Source of the DNA: Trypanosoma brucei
Lineage: Eukaryota
Reading direction: 5' to 3'
DNA: 64,000 bases
NCBI GenBank assembly: GCA_000002445.1
Contig: CP000070.1
Coordinates: forward strand, 1,312,001 to 1,376,000
Shown: positions 63,116-64,000 of the stretch, piece after piece
Numbering within the stretch: the stretch's first letter is position 1
How the letters are laid out: every line of letters starts with the position of its first letter
Program-made: the position numbers and the translations under genes
The notes under the pieces: generated by a model
The model's database searches: none
What the model saw: only the letters and a program-made list of their open reading frames with translations
Told to the model about the DNA's origin: nothing

Positions 63116-64000
63116 TACGTAATGCAATCAGATGCCAATTGGTATGCATGAATAATACTGGGTAAACCAGGTGAGGGAAGGGTGGTTAAAAGGGTAGGGA
63201 GGATTGGCAATATATGGGGCAAACAATATCTGTTTCTGGGTTCTTTAATTGTTGCGTGCATCCATATAAGTTTGTGTAGCAAGAAGCAGGATTTCCCCCA
63301 TTAATTCAGTCCAATTAATCATGATGGACCTTGTGGTCTTAAGGAGTTATGTATACTCCATTAACTGCTAGCGGCGTTGGGTTGGTCGTCTCTCCCTTTA
63401 TTTCTCCTTGTTAGTTCCTGTGATGGTGCGCGTAGCGGGCGGATGGTACATTCCCGCCTTTCATTTTTTTTTTTGGGGGCACCTTCTTTCACCTTCTTCG
63501 TGAACCTCCCTAATTGTTTATATATGATTGAAAGAGATTTGACGGAAATGAAGCGGACAGGATTTTGGAGTGAAGAGATTTTTATAGTTTTTCTTCACAA
63601 CCCTACTTCCTCGTCGTTGGGTGCCCCCTTTTTTTTTAAAAAAAAACAGAGAACTACACATGCGCTAACGTGGAAAGGAAACGTATGCGGACGTGGTATA
63701 CCAGATTCAAGTCGACATAACTTAACATGTTTTAAAAAACATTATGGGATATCAAGGGAAATAATAGTTGCTTCGCTGATGCATCACTTTCTGTATTTGA
63801 ACAATCACAAAATTTACTGCCTGTTTCGTCGTTTTCCTGCGCTCCTTCCTCCAAGATTCCGTTACCTTTTTTCTTTCTTCTTTTTTCTTTTCCTTTCTTA
63901 TCTCTTTTACGCACCTATGAGGCGTTAAAGTACCAATATGAGGATACCACTGTCGCCCATTTTTTTTTCACATTAGTGTATTTGGTGTTCAGTGGCTCCT

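Noticed and set aside
63377-63928. 183-aa plus-strand ORF at the window end
   Set aside because: Translation is dominated by poly-F/L/S from T-rich polypyrimidine tracts, so it is intergenic low complexity.
1-64000. Search for tRNA, rRNA, CRISPR or prokaryotic-type systems
   Set aside because: No T-loop GTTCRANTC motifs in intergenic regions. No direct-repeat/spacer arrays. The gene structure and proteins are eukaryotic (kinetoplastid), so prokaryotic system models do not apply.

Overview
This window looks like a nuclear chromosomal segment from a kinetoplastid (Trypanosoma, brucei-like). The evidence: every convincing gene is on the + strand, the intergenic regions are 0.2-1.2 kb with polypyrimidine tracts followed by AG, and the proteins include a 287-aa dimeric dUTPase and an L19e with an Ala/Lys/Pro-rich tail.

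From about 6.1 kb to the end of the window I call 25 protein-coding genes with no introns detected, on one strand. The first ~5.9 kb has no long ORF on either strand.

Confident calls are glutamine synthetase, two identical 60S L19e copies, two identical 60S L23a copies, a CLN3/battenin homologue, NAD kinase, a condensin CAP-H-like kleisin, a SpoU/TrmH RNA 2'-O-methyltransferase, a dimeric dUTPase, and a HAD-phosphatase + DUF89 phosphatase fusion. Several other ORFs look like known enzyme folds whose catalytic motifs are degenerate: kinesin-like, DEAD-box-like, protein-kinase-like and FAD-monooxygenase-like.

I found no rRNA, tRNA, CRISPR array or prokaryotic-type system, and I see no sign of a novel multi-gene system. 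The ORF track uses GTG/TTG as starts, so I moved each CDS start to the first in-frame ATG. Every product assignment is by-eye motif recognition and needs an HMM or BLAST check.
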